A stretch of 64,000 bases of DNA from the IMG/VR virus record IMGVR_UViG_3300043465_002420; one strand, 5' to 3'. This DNA is from a virus. The translations under genes were made by a program, and so were the position numbers. The notes beneath the pieces are model-generated. The model was not told where the DNA came from. It worked only from the letters and a program-made list of their open reading frames with translations, and searched no databases. Positions 8,734 to 18,519 of the stretch are shown here, piece after piece (position 1 is the stretch's first letter; every line of letters starts with the position of its first letter).

Positions 8734-8766
8734 CTATAAAATTTTTATAATTTGTTTAAAGTTCAT
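8734..8766 (-). pseudogene. N-terminal stub MNFKQIIKIL* of a lost paralog
   Basis: ATGAACTTTAAACAA follows the AAK-stop junction exactly as the intact paralogs do. Confidence 0.65.
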
Positions 8767-8769
8767 GAT

Positions 8770-10167
8770 TTACTTTGCAGCTTGTGTTTGAGGTAAGTAT
8801 TTATTGATTAGCTCTTGTATTTCTGGTGTATTTCCGTGGTATGTTGTTATTAGGTTTGCCATTTCTTTTTTATCGGTTGTATAGTGAAATAGATAATAAG
8901 CAATGAGAGGAGATATTTTTAATTTAGATACAATCCATTCTATCATTGCTTTGTCATATCTTTCAAACACATAACGAATTAAGTCGATAATGTTGCTTTC
9001 GTAGAATTTTGATTCTTTAGCAATAATTAATTCTATTGTTTTTTTTGCATAAATTGGTTTAATATCATGAATAAGATCTTTAATATTTTTATAAGATATT
9101 TTGGGTTTTTTATTTATTATAAGTTTTTTAATTGGTTCTGGATAGGTTGAATATAAAGTCAAATGTCTGACATCATTATCAGAAAGTTCTGGTTTATAAT
9201 TTACAATTAATTGTGCTATATGATCATTATGACTACCTGCATATCCAAGAAGTTTCAATACATTATCATCAGAAAGGTTTGTTTTTTTCTTTAGGATTAG
9301 TTCTGCAATTTTAACTTTACCTTCGTTTGTTGTATAAAAGGCCAAATTTTTAATATCATTATCAGAAAGATTTGTTTTTTTATTGATGATTAGTTCTGCC
9401 ATTTTGTCTTTATCTGTTGTATTTTTTAGAACTCCTTCAATATTTCTATGAGATTGAAGAATTGCATCCAGTTGTTGGTCAGAAATTTTATTTGGGTTGT
9501 ATTTTTCTCTTTTGACAATTTGTCCTTTTTTATTTTTATCGATGATATTATTGTCGATAGAGTATAAGACTTTTAAGGCATCTTTTGCGAATACCACACC
9601 TTGAGTTGATTCTTGAGGGTGGATTGTGCCAGTTCCATGATCTACGAATCCATCGACACCACATTTTCTAAGATTAGAGTTCCATTCTGATGGTTTGTCA
9701 TTTGCGATTGCTTTTGTTACAAGCCATAGCATAGAATAATTGCTACGAAGATTATATTCATCTTTTTTTATTTTATCTTCAGCCTCGTAAACTTTTTTGA
9801 GCGAGAAAACATTACCACTATAAAGTATATCCATACCTTTTTGTTCTTCATCACTAGGATTCATATGTAATATTTTTTGTGGTCTTGTGAATTCGCAGAC
9901 ATTGAGATAAGGTTGATCTCCTGCGAATGGAACATCCATTTCATTTTCAATGACATAATTTAATGGATAAAAATAAATTCCGATTGGTGTTTTATATTCG
10001 CTTTTTGGATTGATCCCAACTTTATCGATTGCGGTATAAGTTACGACAAGGTTTTCTGGATTGGGATGAGTTTTTTGAATATGTTGTAGTGCGAGAAGGG
10101 GATCACGAAATTCTTGATCCTTTATCATTATCTTTTCAGTTAGTATTAGCCATTGTTTAAATTTCAT
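8770..10167 (-). CDS. type-B ART-like domain plus helical repeats, capsid-leader protein
   Basis: TPIGIYFYP and GFVDHGTGTIHPQESTQGVVF; ~29-aa repeats; ends QAAK; paralog of 13527. Confidence 0.6.
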   Translation of the reverse strand: MKFKQWLILTEKIMIKDQEFRDPLLALQHIQKTHPNPENLVVTYTAIDKVGINPKSEYKTPIGIYFYPLNYVIENEMDVPFAGDQPYLNVCEFTRPQKILHMNPSDEEQKGMDILYSGNVFSLKKVYEAEDKIKKDEYNLRSNYSMLWLVTKAIANDKPSEWNSNLRKCGVDGFVDHGTGTIHPQESTQGVVFAKDALKVLYSIDNNIIDKNKKGQIVKREKYNPNKISDQQLDAILQSHRNIEGVLKNTTDKDKMAELIINKKTNLSDNDIKNLAFYTTNEGKVKIAELILKKKTNLSDDNVLKLLGYAGSHNDHIAQLIVNYKPELSDNDVRHLTLYSTYPEPIKKLIINKKPKISYKNIKDLIHDIKPIYAKKTIELIIAKESKFYESNIIDLIRYVFERYDKAMIEWIVSKLKISPLIAYYLFHYTTDKKEMANLITTYHGNTPEIQELINKYLPQTQAAK

Positions 10168-10170
10168 AGT

Positions 10171-11646
10171 TTACTTTGCAGCTATTGTTTGAGTTAGGTA
10201 TTGATTGATTACTTGTTGAATTTTTGGTGTTTTATTTGTGTGGTATTTATTTAGTATTTGTGCCATTTTTGGTTGGTCTTTTTCATAATCAAGTAAATTT
10301 ATAATGTTCTGATCAGAAAGTTTGTTTATATTATCTGTTCCTAATAGTTTTGCTATTTGTTCTTTATCTATTGTATGTCGAAGTAAAGTAATAACATCGG
10401 CATCAGAAATTTCTGTTTTGTGTTTTATAATTAGTTCTGCTATTTTATCTTTGTTTATTGAATTTATAAGCAGATCATAAACACTTTGATAAGAAAGTTC
10501 TAATTTTTTATTTATAATTGCTTCTGCTATTTTATCTTTATCGGATGCACTATAAAGTAAAAGTTGGATTATAGTGCTAGAAAAGTTTGTTTTTTTGTTT
10601 ATAATTAGTTTTGCTATTTTATCTTTGTCTGTTGTAGTTTGTAACAAATCAACAACATTTGTATCAGAAAGTTTTGTTTTGTATTTTACAATTAGTTCTG
10701 CTATTTCGTTTTGTTTAGTTGAATTTTTAAGAAAAACTTTAACATTAGTATCAGAAAGTTTTGTTTTGTACTTTATGATTACTTCTGCCATTTTGTCTTT
10801 ATCTGTTGACTTTTTAATCAAAAGACTGACATCAAAATCAGAAAGTTCGTTTAGATTTGATCCTAAATATTTTGCTACTGCTTCTAAATTTTTAGAATTT
10901 AACAATTTATTAAAAATGCTTTTACCGATTTCGTAATTGTAACCAAATGAAAATTTTTCTCTGTTTGGTGATTTATAAATACTTTTCATACTTGCCTTAT
11001 CGGTGGAGGTAATCCAGCCAATATTACTCTTTAGATCTTTCATTTTTTGTTCATCGTTTGCATCTGCTTCTGCAACCGCATAACCCAACATTGTTATTGT
11101 TTCATCTTTAACTGGTTGATATTTAACTAAGCAGTAGCCATCATTTGCTCCATAATAGATAATTCCTTTAATTGATTTTTCTATCCAATCATTTTGGTCG
11201 TAGAATTTTTTTGCTAAAATTGCCGAATAGGTTTCTTTTTCTTGTAGTTCATCGTAGTGTTTTAAGTTGTCGCCTTTTTGACCACCAAATTCCCCTTTAG
11301 TTACTTTGTTTAGTAGTCCAAATTTCTTTAATTGACTGCTTATTTTGTAATCATTGCCATGGATTTTTTTTGCTTCAGATAATTCAAATATGAGGTACTT
11401 GTCAAGGTCTGTTACTTTAAATTTGACTAATGTTTCGCCATACATTTTCATATAATCGGTAAATTGACTTTCTATTTTATAAGTAGTATAAAGACCACAA
11501 CCATACCAACAACCTTTACCTGCTCCTGATTTGAAATCAGATGTGAGTATATTTGATACAGAGTCAACATTTGTCCTATGATAGACAGTTGCAGTCTTAT
11601 TTTGAGCATAAATTTCTTCAGATATTAGCCATTCTTTAAAGTTCAT
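10171..11646 (-). CDS. type-A PARP-like (H-Y) ADP-ribosyltransferase domain plus helical repeats
   Basis: VYHRT...ILTSDF...YGCGLYTT resembles the PARP HGT...GF...FG.GIY pattern; ends TIAAK. Confidence 0.65.
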   Translation of the reverse strand: MNFKEWLISEEIYAQNKTATVYHRTNVDSVSNILTSDFKSGAGKGCWYGCGLYTTYKIESQFTDYMKMYGETLVKFKVTDLDKYLIFELSEAKKIHGNDYKISSQLKKFGLLNKVTKGEFGGQKGDNLKHYDELQEKETYSAILAKKFYDQNDWIEKSIKGIIYYGANDGYCLVKYQPVKDETITMLGYAVAEADANDEQKMKDLKSNIGWITSTDKASMKSIYKSPNREKFSFGYNYEIGKSIFNKLLNSKNLEAVAKYLGSNLNELSDFDVSLLIKKSTDKDKMAEVIIKYKTKLSDTNVKVFLKNSTKQNEIAELIVKYKTKLSDTNVVDLLQTTTDKDKIAKLIINKKTNFSSTIIQLLLYSASDKDKIAEAIINKKLELSYQSVYDLLINSINKDKIAELIIKHKTEISDADVITLLRHTIDKEQIAKLLGTDNINKLSDQNIINLLDYEKDQPKMAQILNKYHTNKTPKIQQVINQYLTQTIAAK

Positions 11647-11650
11647 AAGG

Positions 11651-11658
11651 TATTTATG
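11651..11658 (-). promoter_or_regulatory. T4-type late promoter CATAAATA
   Basis: Ends 4 nt upstream of ATG 11646; the same octamer is at 37403-37410. Confidence 0.55.
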
Positions 11659-11744
11659 TGAGTTTAATCGGGAAATAAGTCTTGTGTGTAATAAAAATTT
11701 TGTTATATTTTAAATTAAATTAATTGTGTTATTCCTAACAGGAA

Positions 11745-12683
11745 ATGAACATGGAACCAAGAATTATCGGTTATTGCAGGGTAAGTGGCGATGGGCAACA
11801 TGGAAATGATCAAGATGGCGTACCCCGACAACATCGAGTCATAGAGTCTTGGGCAAAAAAGAACAAACAACGAATTAGCGAATGGATTGAAGATCTTGGT
11901 GTAAGTGGAACTTTAGCGTTTGCTGATCGACCAGAATTATCGAAATTACTTGCAAACATTTATCCTGCTGGAATTTTCGTTGTGGAAAAAGCTGATCGTC
12001 TTGCAAGGGATCTCATTGAAGGCGAATTAATCATTCGGCATTTTAGTAGAGCAGGTTGGAAAGTCATTTCTGCTGAAACTGGTGAAGACTTAGCAAATTC
12101 AGAATCACCAACTGCAATTCTAATGCGACAGCTTACAGGGGCAATAGCGGAATTTGACAGAAGGAACACTGTTGCAAGATTGCGAGTTTCGAGGGAAAGA
12201 AAACGAAAAGAAACGGGCAAATGCGAAGGACGAAAAGCCTTTAACAATCAAAGTGTTCTTATGCGAATCAGAAAACTTATGCGAAAGAAAAATGGCACTA
12301 AGCCCAGTTTGCAATGGGTTGCTAATCAATTAAATGCAGAAGGAATGATAACAGCTAGTGGGAAAATGTGGACTACTGGAATGGTTTACCACTTCGTTCA
12401 TGGTGCTGGCTCTAAAGTTAAAAGAGAATCTGGAATATTGTCGCCATCTACACAAAACAAGGAAATTAAAATGGCAAAGAAACTTGTGGTTAAAAAAATA
12501 CAAGTAAATAACAAATATACTTACATATGTGATAAACCAGTAAGGATAGGAAGTGAGGTTAAATTACCAACTCCTCATTGGATGCGTGAATTTCAAGATG
12601 ACACATGGATTGGTAAGGTAACTGATTTAAAGAGTGATTACGATGGTGTGTGTGAAAGTGTAATTGAAGTATTAAAAAAATAG
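11745..12683 (+). CDS. serine recombinase (resolvase/invertase family) with C-terminal fused ~70-aa ORF
   Basis: GYCRVS catalytic Ser, DLGVSG, DRPEL, EKADRLARD; helical DNA-binding region; internal AAGGA-ATG (MAKKLVV). Confidence 0.9.
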   Translation: MNMEPRIIGYCRVSGDGQHGNDQDGVPRQHRVIESWAKKNKQRISEWIEDLGVSGTLAFADRPELSKLLANIYPAGIFVVEKADRLARDLIEGELIIRHFSRAGWKVISAETGEDLANSESPTAILMRQLTGAIAEFDRRNTVARLRVSRERKRKETGKCEGRKAFNNQSVLMRIRKLMRKKNGTKPSLQWVANQLNAEGMITASGKMWTTGMVYHFVHGAGSKVKRESGILSPSTQNKEIKMAKKLVVKKIQVNNKYTYICDKPVRIGSEVKLPTPHWMREFQDDTWIGKVTDLKSDYDGVCESVIEVLKK

Positions 12684-12725
12684 GATTCATTTAATAGATA
12701 TAATAACTTTCAATGGAGATTTAAA

Positions 12726-13016
12726 ATGAAGTCTTTAATTTTGTTTTTGGTTATGTTTTTGGGTATTAGTAGTGTTGCTGAAGCACAGTTCATTGTTGTT
12801 TATCCACAAGTTAGATATTACAACAATTATGGTTACAATTACAACAACTACAATTACAATAACTATGGTTATAGAAACTATGGTTACAACAACTACAACA
12901 ACTACAATTATGGTTACAACAATAACTGGAATAGGTATGTGACACCAAGTGGATACATGCCATTTAACAATCCATATTTTCAGATGGCTACACAGGGAAT
13001 TGGTAGAGGTTGGTAG
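12726..13016 (+). CDS. secreted Tyr/Asn-rich low-complexity (prion-like) protein
   Basis: GGAG SD; signal peptide ending AEA-Q; YNNYNY repeats; C-terminal NNPYFQMATQGI. Confidence 0.75.
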   Translation: MKSLILFLVMFLGISSVAEAQFIVVYPQVRYYNNYGYNYNNYNYNNYGYRNYGYNNYNNYNYGYNNNWNRYVTPSGYMPFNNPYFQMATQGIGRGW

Positions 13017-13057
13017 TTATTGTTTAAAATATATTTTTCAAAAAATTAAGGTACAAA

Positions 13058-13591
13058 ATGAAATCTTTTTATGAATATGTAAAAGTGCGTGATATTAATG
13101 AAGATTACTATGATTCTAGAAAACCCGTTGAAGGTTATGTTGATGCTAATGATTTAGTAGGACAAAGACTCTGGTTTCACACTAATAGAACTCATAAAAT
13201 TCAGGGTTTAAATGGCATGATTGGTATTTATCAAACTACACCAAGCGGTAGAAAAAAAGGATTGGCTGGCAAATATACAAATGAAGTAAGATTGTCGGAA
13301 CCTATTTTTTTTCAAACATCGGAATCTGGTGCCAAACAAATTATGGAAAAAGATAAAAGAACTTTAATTGCTGGTGTTTCTGGAAAAGTTGTTCCTACTA
13401 ATAATGATACAAGCGGTATGGTAAAGATTACTTATAATCCATTCAATGAAGATGCACCATGGTTTCATGCCATTGATGATTCAGAAAATAAAGAAATTGT
13501 GTCTGCTTCTGAAGTTTATTTCAATGCTACTGAAAATGGTCAGTGGGATATATGGGCAAAGAATCCTGTTCATGCTTTAAAAACTCTTTAA
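13058..13591 (+). CDS. hypothetical capsid-leader protein
   Basis: MKSFYEYVKVRDINE leader. Confidence 0.7.
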   Translation: MKSFYEYVKVRDINEDYYDSRKPVEGYVDANDLVGQRLWFHTNRTHKIQGLNGMIGIYQTTPSGRKKGLAGKYTNEVRLSEPIFFQTSESGAKQIMEKDKRTLIAGVSGKVVPTNNDTSGMVKITYNPFNEDAPWFHAIDDSENKEIVSASEVYFNATENGQWDIWAKNPVHALKTL

Positions 13592-14978
13592 TTTTTTCAT
13601 TTTTATTTTTATGATATTTTTCTATAATTTGTATTATTTTTGGTTTATCTTTTTCTGGAACTTTTTCATGTAAAAGTGTGATAGAAAACCAATTAAGTCT
13701 ACTTATATTATCTTCTCCTAATTTTTTTGCTATTTTGTCTTTATCAATTGCATAAGTTAGAATATTGATCATATTTTTATAAGTCATTTCTGGTAATCTT
13801 TCTATAAGAAGATTTGCCATCTTGTCTTTATCAGTTGCATATTGAAGAAAATTTTCGACATTATTATCAGTAAGTTTTGTTTTATAATCAATAATCAATT
13901 CTATGATTTTATCTTTATCGTTTACGAGTGAGATCATATATGAAACATTACTATCTGTAAATTCTGGGGTTTTTTGAATAATCATTTTTGCCATTTTGTC
14001 TTTATCTTTTGCATGATAAATCAAATCTTCAACATCGACATGAGAAATATATGTTTTATATTTTATGATTAGATCTGCCATTTTTTCTTTTTCTGTTGTA
14101 TTTTTAAACAAGTTTGTAAGATCTAAAGATCTACGAGATTGCAATAAGCCTATAATTTGTTCATCTGACATCTTATTGCTATTATATTTATCTGTTTTTT
14201 TGAAGTATGTTGAGTTGTCAATTGAGTGAAGTAGTTTCAAGGCACTGGTAGCAAAAACAACGCATTGGGTTGGTTCGCTTGGATGAATTGTTCCAGTTCC
14301 ATGATCTACAAATCCATCTATTCCACATTTTCTAAGATTGGCGTTCCATTGTGTGATTTTTCTATTTGCAAGTATTCTTGTTACGATCCACAATTTGGAG
14401 TAATTGCTACGAAGTTGGTATGCTGCTCCTTGCAATTCATCTTTTACATAATCATAATAAGTTTTGGCATCAATATACTTTTTATAAAGATCATCTTCTT
14501 TTTCTTGATCATATTGAAGATTATTCAGTTTGGTTTTTTTGTGATCTGATAATTTTTGAGCTTTATTGAACATGTCTACTGATGGATTAATTTCTTTAAT
14601 AGCTTGATCTACTTGTTCTTTTGGAAAAACATTGAGTAGTTCCATTCCATCTTGTTTAGACACATCGGGATTCATATGTAATATTTTTTGTGGTCTTGTG
14701 AATTCGCAGACATTAATATAAGGTTGATTTGCAGCGAATGGAACATTCATTTTCTTTTCAATTACATAATCTATAGGATAGAGATAAATGCCAAGTGGTG
14801 TTTCATATTTGCTTTCTGGATTAAGACCAACTTTATCGATTTTGGTAAAAGTTACGGCTAGTGTGTTGGGGAAAGGGTGATTTTTTCGAATATATTGTAG
14901 TGCAATAAGAGGCTCACGGAATTCTTGATCCTTTATCATTATCTTTTCTGTCAGTAGTAGCCATTCTTTAAAGTTCAT
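13527..14978 (-). CDS. type-B ART-like domain plus helical repeats (native tail replaced)
   Basis: TPLGIYLYP, HPSEPTQCVVF; tail diverges after IKEFLK and overlaps 13058-13591. Confidence 0.6.
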   Translation of the reverse strand: MNFKEWLLLTEKIMIKDQEFREPLIALQYIRKNHPFPNTLAVTFTKIDKVGLNPESKYETPLGIYLYPIDYVIEKKMNVPFAANQPYINVCEFTRPQKILHMNPDVSKQDGMELLNVFPKEQVDQAIKEINPSVDMFNKAQKLSDHKKTKLNNLQYDQEKEDDLYKKYIDAKTYYDYVKDELQGAAYQLRSNYSKLWIVTRILANRKITQWNANLRKCGIDGFVDHGTGTIHPSEPTQCVVFATSALKLLHSIDNSTYFKKTDKYNSNKMSDEQIIGLLQSRRSLDLTNLFKNTTEKEKMADLIIKYKTYISHVDVEDLIYHAKDKDKMAKMIIQKTPEFTDSNVSYMISLVNDKDKIIELIIDYKTKLTDNNVENFLQYATDKDKMANLLIERLPEMTYKNMINILTYAIDKDKIAKKLGEDNISRLNWFSITLLHEKVPEKDKPKIIQIIEKYHKNKNEKIKEFLKHEQDSLPIYPTDHFQ

Positions 14979-15424
14979 TGGGTTATCTTTTTTGAAAAAA
15001 CACTTAATATAAATTCTTTTATGTATGGAACAAAATCATAATTATTTATTTCATCTTTTGTAATAAATTTATAATTTGAATTTTCATAATCTAATTTTAT
15101 ATTTTGACTTTCTAATTCTCCATAAAAATAATAAATCTCTCCAGCATCAACAGTCATTATTTTATGATCAAAAGAAACATTATTTGGTTTTAATCCTATT
15201 TCTTCAAGGCACTCTCTTATTATGGCTTCTTTTGGGTTTTCTCCTTCTTCAATTCCGCCACCTACTAAGCTCCATTTGTTTGGCATCCAAGGAGCAGTAG
15301 ATCCTCTTTTTAGTATTAAGACTTTATTATCATTTAAAAGTCCTATTACAGATGTTTTAAATTTAGAATGATCTGTATCAGTTGATGTCTCTTCTTTCAG
15401 TATTAGCCATTCTTTAAAGTTCAT
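14975..15424 (-). CDS. NUDIX hydrolase with capsid leader
   Basis: GGGIEEGENPKEAIIRECLEEIGL Nudix box; MNFKEWLILKEE. Confidence 0.9.
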   Translation of the reverse strand: MNFKEWLILKEETSTDTDHSKFKTSVIGLLNDNKVLILKRGSTAPWMPNKWSLVGGGIEEGENPKEAIIRECLEEIGLKPNNVSFDHKIMTVDAGEIYYFYGELESQNIKLDYENSNYKFITKDEINNYDFVPYIKEFILSVFSKKITQ

Positions 15425-15427
15425 GGT

Positions 15428-16993
15428 TTACTTTGCAGCTATTGCTTGAGGTTCAAGGTATTTATCGATTAGCTCTTGAATTTCTGATGTTTTATTTGTG
15501 TGATATTTGTTTATGATTTGTGCGATTTTTGGTTTGTCGGTTACAGCAACAAGCAAACGATAAACACCATCATCAGAAAGTTCTGGTTCCTTTTTCATAA
15601 TATATTCTGCTATTTTTTCTTGGTCTTTTGCATATCGAATCAAATCACGAACACCATTTTCAATATCTATTTTTGATAGTTTGTTTATGATTAATTCTAT
15701 TATTTTGTCTTTGTCGTTTGCTTTAAAAATAAAATAATAAACATTATCCTCAGAAAGCTCTGGTTTGTATTTTATGATTATTTTTAACATCTCGTCTTTG
15801 TCATTTACTCTTGCAATCAAATCACGAATAAGAAGATTAGAAAGTTTGCTTATATTGTCTTTTTCTTTTTGCAATATTTCTGCTATTTTTTCTTTATTGT
15901 TTGCCTTAAGAAGCAAATAATAAATATTATCATCAGAAAGTTCTGGTTTCTTTTCAATAATTAGTTCTGCTATTTTGTCTATGTTATCTGCATAAGAAAG
16001 CAAATGAAAAACATTATGATCAGAAAGTTCTGGTTTCTTTTCAATAATTAATTTTGCTATTATATCTTTTTCCTTTGCATTCATAATTGAAGTGCTGACA
16101 TCTTTGTCAGAAAGTTTTGTTTTATACTTTATAATTACTTCTATCATTTTTTCTTTATCGGTTGCCTTATAAAGTAAAACGCCAACATTATCTTGAGAAA
16201 GTTGGTTTAGATTTGATCCTAATTTTTTTGCTGTGTATTCTACATTTTTAGATTTTAACAATTGATTCATAATATGGACATTGTCATCTTCGCCAAATGA
16301 AAATTTTTCTCTATTAGATATTGGTGATTTATAAATACTTTTAATACTTGCCTTATCGGTGGAAATAATCCAATTTTTTGATTTTGGATTTTTAAGTTCT
16401 TCCATCTTTTTCATATCATCATATTTTGCAACTGCATAGGCCAACATGGTTATTGTTCCATCTTGGACTGGTTCATATTTAACTAAACAATAACCATCAT
16501 TTGCTCCATAATAAATAATTCCTTTTACCGAATTTTCTATCCATTTGTTTTTTTCGTAGAATTTTACCGCCAAAACCGATGAAAAGCTTTCTTTTTCTTG
16601 TTGTTCATCGTATTCTTTCAACTTACTTTCATCTACTTTGTTTAATACTCCTAATTTCTTTAATTGATCGCTTATTTTGTAATCCTTGCCATGTATTTGT
16701 TTTGCCACAGATAATTGAAATATAAGATATTTATCGAGATCTGTTACTTTAAATTTGACTACTGCTTTACCATAAGTTTCCATGTAATTAGTAAATTGGC
16801 TTTCTATTGCAAAAGTAGTGTAAAAACCACAACCATACATACAACCTGAACCAACTTTAAAATCTTTTGTGAGTATGCTTGATACAGCTTGAACGCTTTT
16901 TTCTTCATCGCAACCAGGACAAGTTCTATGATAGACAGTTGCAGTCTTATTGGGGAAGATTTCTTCAGATATTAGCCATTCTTTAAAGTTCAT
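15428..16993 (-). CDS. type-A PARP-like ART plus helical repeats
   Basis: VYHRT, YGCGFYTT, GIIYYGANDGYCLVKY; ends AIAAK. Confidence 0.65.
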   Translation of the reverse strand: MNFKEWLISEEIFPNKTATVYHRTCPGCDEEKSVQAVSSILTKDFKVGSGCMYGCGFYTTFAIESQFTNYMETYGKAVVKFKVTDLDKYLIFQLSVAKQIHGKDYKISDQLKKLGVLNKVDESKLKEYDEQQEKESFSSVLAVKFYEKNKWIENSVKGIIYYGANDGYCLVKYEPVQDGTITMLAYAVAKYDDMKKMEELKNPKSKNWIISTDKASIKSIYKSPISNREKFSFGEDDNVHIMNQLLKSKNVEYTAKKLGSNLNQLSQDNVGVLLYKATDKEKMIEVIIKYKTKLSDKDVSTSIMNAKEKDIIAKLIIEKKPELSDHNVFHLLSYADNIDKIAELIIEKKPELSDDNIYYLLLKANNKEKIAEILQKEKDNISKLSNLLIRDLIARVNDKDEMLKIIIKYKPELSEDNVYYFIFKANDKDKIIELIINKLSKIDIENGVRDLIRYAKDQEKIAEYIMKKEPELSDDGVYRLLVAVTDKPKIAQIINKYHTNKTSEIQELIDKYLEPQAIAAK

Positions 16994-17010
16994 AGTTTAC
17001 AACCTAGTAA

Positions 17011-18516
17011 TTATGTAAATGATCCAGTTGATAGAACTTTTTTACCTAAATTTAATTTATATCCGCTGCTGTATTTATCAATGAATTCTTGAATTTTTGG
17101 AGTTTTCTTTGTGTGGTATTTGTTTATTATTTGTGCTATTTTGTCTTTATCGTTTGCATCATCATGAAATAAATCAATAACACTTTGATCATCAAGCTTG
17201 CTTATGTTGTCTTCTTTTTCTTGTAATCGTTCTGCTATTTTTTCTTTATCGTTTGCAAAATTAAGCAAATATTGAACATCGAAATAAGAAAGTTCTGGTT
17301 TATTTCCAATAATTAGTTCTGCTATTTTGTCTTTATCTGTTGCTTTACGAAGCAACAATTCAACATGTTTACCAGAAAGTTTTGATTTCTTTTCAATAAT
17401 TAGTTCTGCTATTTTATCTTGTTTGTCGGTTGCAAACTGAATCAAGCTATAAATATTCATATTAGAAAGTTCTGGTTTATTTTTAACAATTAATTCTGCT
17501 ATTTTGTCTTTGTTGGTTGCAGTACGAAGCAAATTTTCAACATTCTCATCAGTAAGTTCTGTTTTATATTTTATAATTAGTTCTGCTATTTTGTCTTTGT
17601 CGGTTGCATAATGAAGCAAATGAAAAACATTCCAATCGGTAAGTTCTGTTTTATATTTTGCAATCACTTCTGCCATTTTGTCTTTATCTTCTGCATGATG
17701 AAGCAAACCAGAAATATTCTCATCAGAAAATTTGTCTAGATATAATCCTAATTTTTTTGCTGTTTTTTCTAAGTTTTTAGATGTTAAAAAAATATTTTTG
17801 ACATTTTCGATTTCGCTATAATCTCCAAATGCAAACTTTTCTTTATTTTCGATTGGAGATTTATAAACATTTTTAATGGGTGTACCTAATATACCAACTG
17901 ATTTAATCCAACCAATATTACTTTTCAGTTCTTCCATCTTTTTCATATCATCATATTTTGCGACTGCATAGCCCAACATGGTTATTGTTTTATCTTGAAC
18001 TGTTGGATATTTAACTAAACAATAACCATCTCTTGATCCATAATAGATAATTCCTTTTACCGACTTTTCTATCCAATTATTTTGTTCATAGAATTCATAT
18101 GCCAAAACTGATGAAAATTTTTCTTTTTCTTGTCGTTTATCGTAATATTCTAATTTACTTTCATTTACATTTGGTTTGTTTAGTAGTCCTAATTTTTTAA
18201 ATTGACTGCTAATTTTATAATCATTGCCATGTATTTGTTTTGCCTCAGACAATTGAAATATGAGGTATTTATCGAGGTCTGTTACTTTAAATTTGACTAA
18301 TGCTTCGCCATACATTTCCATATAATCGACAAATTGGCTTTCTATTTTATAAGTAGTATAAAGACCACAACCATAAGAGCAACCTGCACCTGCACCTGCT
18401 TTAAAATCAGATGTGAGTATGCCTGATACATCTTTGAGACTTCTTGTTCTATGATAGACTGTTGCGGTCTTATTGGGGAATATTTCTTCAGATATTAACC
18501 AATGTTTAAAGTTCAT
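17011..18516 (-). CDS. type-A PARP-like ART plus helical repeats (tail altered)
   Basis: Same motifs; tail KYSSGYKL... replaces KYLxQxIAAK. Confidence 0.65.
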   Translation of the reverse strand: MNFKHWLISEEIFPNKTATVYHRTRSLKDVSGILTSDFKAGAGAGCSYGCGLYTTYKIESQFVDYMEMYGEALVKFKVTDLDKYLIFQLSEAKQIHGNDYKISSQFKKLGLLNKPNVNESKLEYYDKRQEKEKFSSVLAYEFYEQNNWIEKSVKGIIYYGSRDGYCLVKYPTVQDKTITMLGYAVAKYDDMKKMEELKSNIGWIKSVGILGTPIKNVYKSPIENKEKFAFGDYSEIENVKNIFLTSKNLEKTAKKLGLYLDKFSDENISGLLHHAEDKDKMAEVIAKYKTELTDWNVFHLLHYATDKDKIAELIIKYKTELTDENVENLLRTATNKDKIAELIVKNKPELSNMNIYSLIQFATDKQDKIAELIIEKKSKLSGKHVELLLRKATDKDKIAELIIGNKPELSYFDVQYLLNFANDKEKIAERLQEKEDNISKLDDQSVIDLFHDDANDKDKIAQIINKYHTKKTPKIQEFIDKYSSGYKLNLGKKVLSTGSFT

Positions 18517-18519
18517 AGT

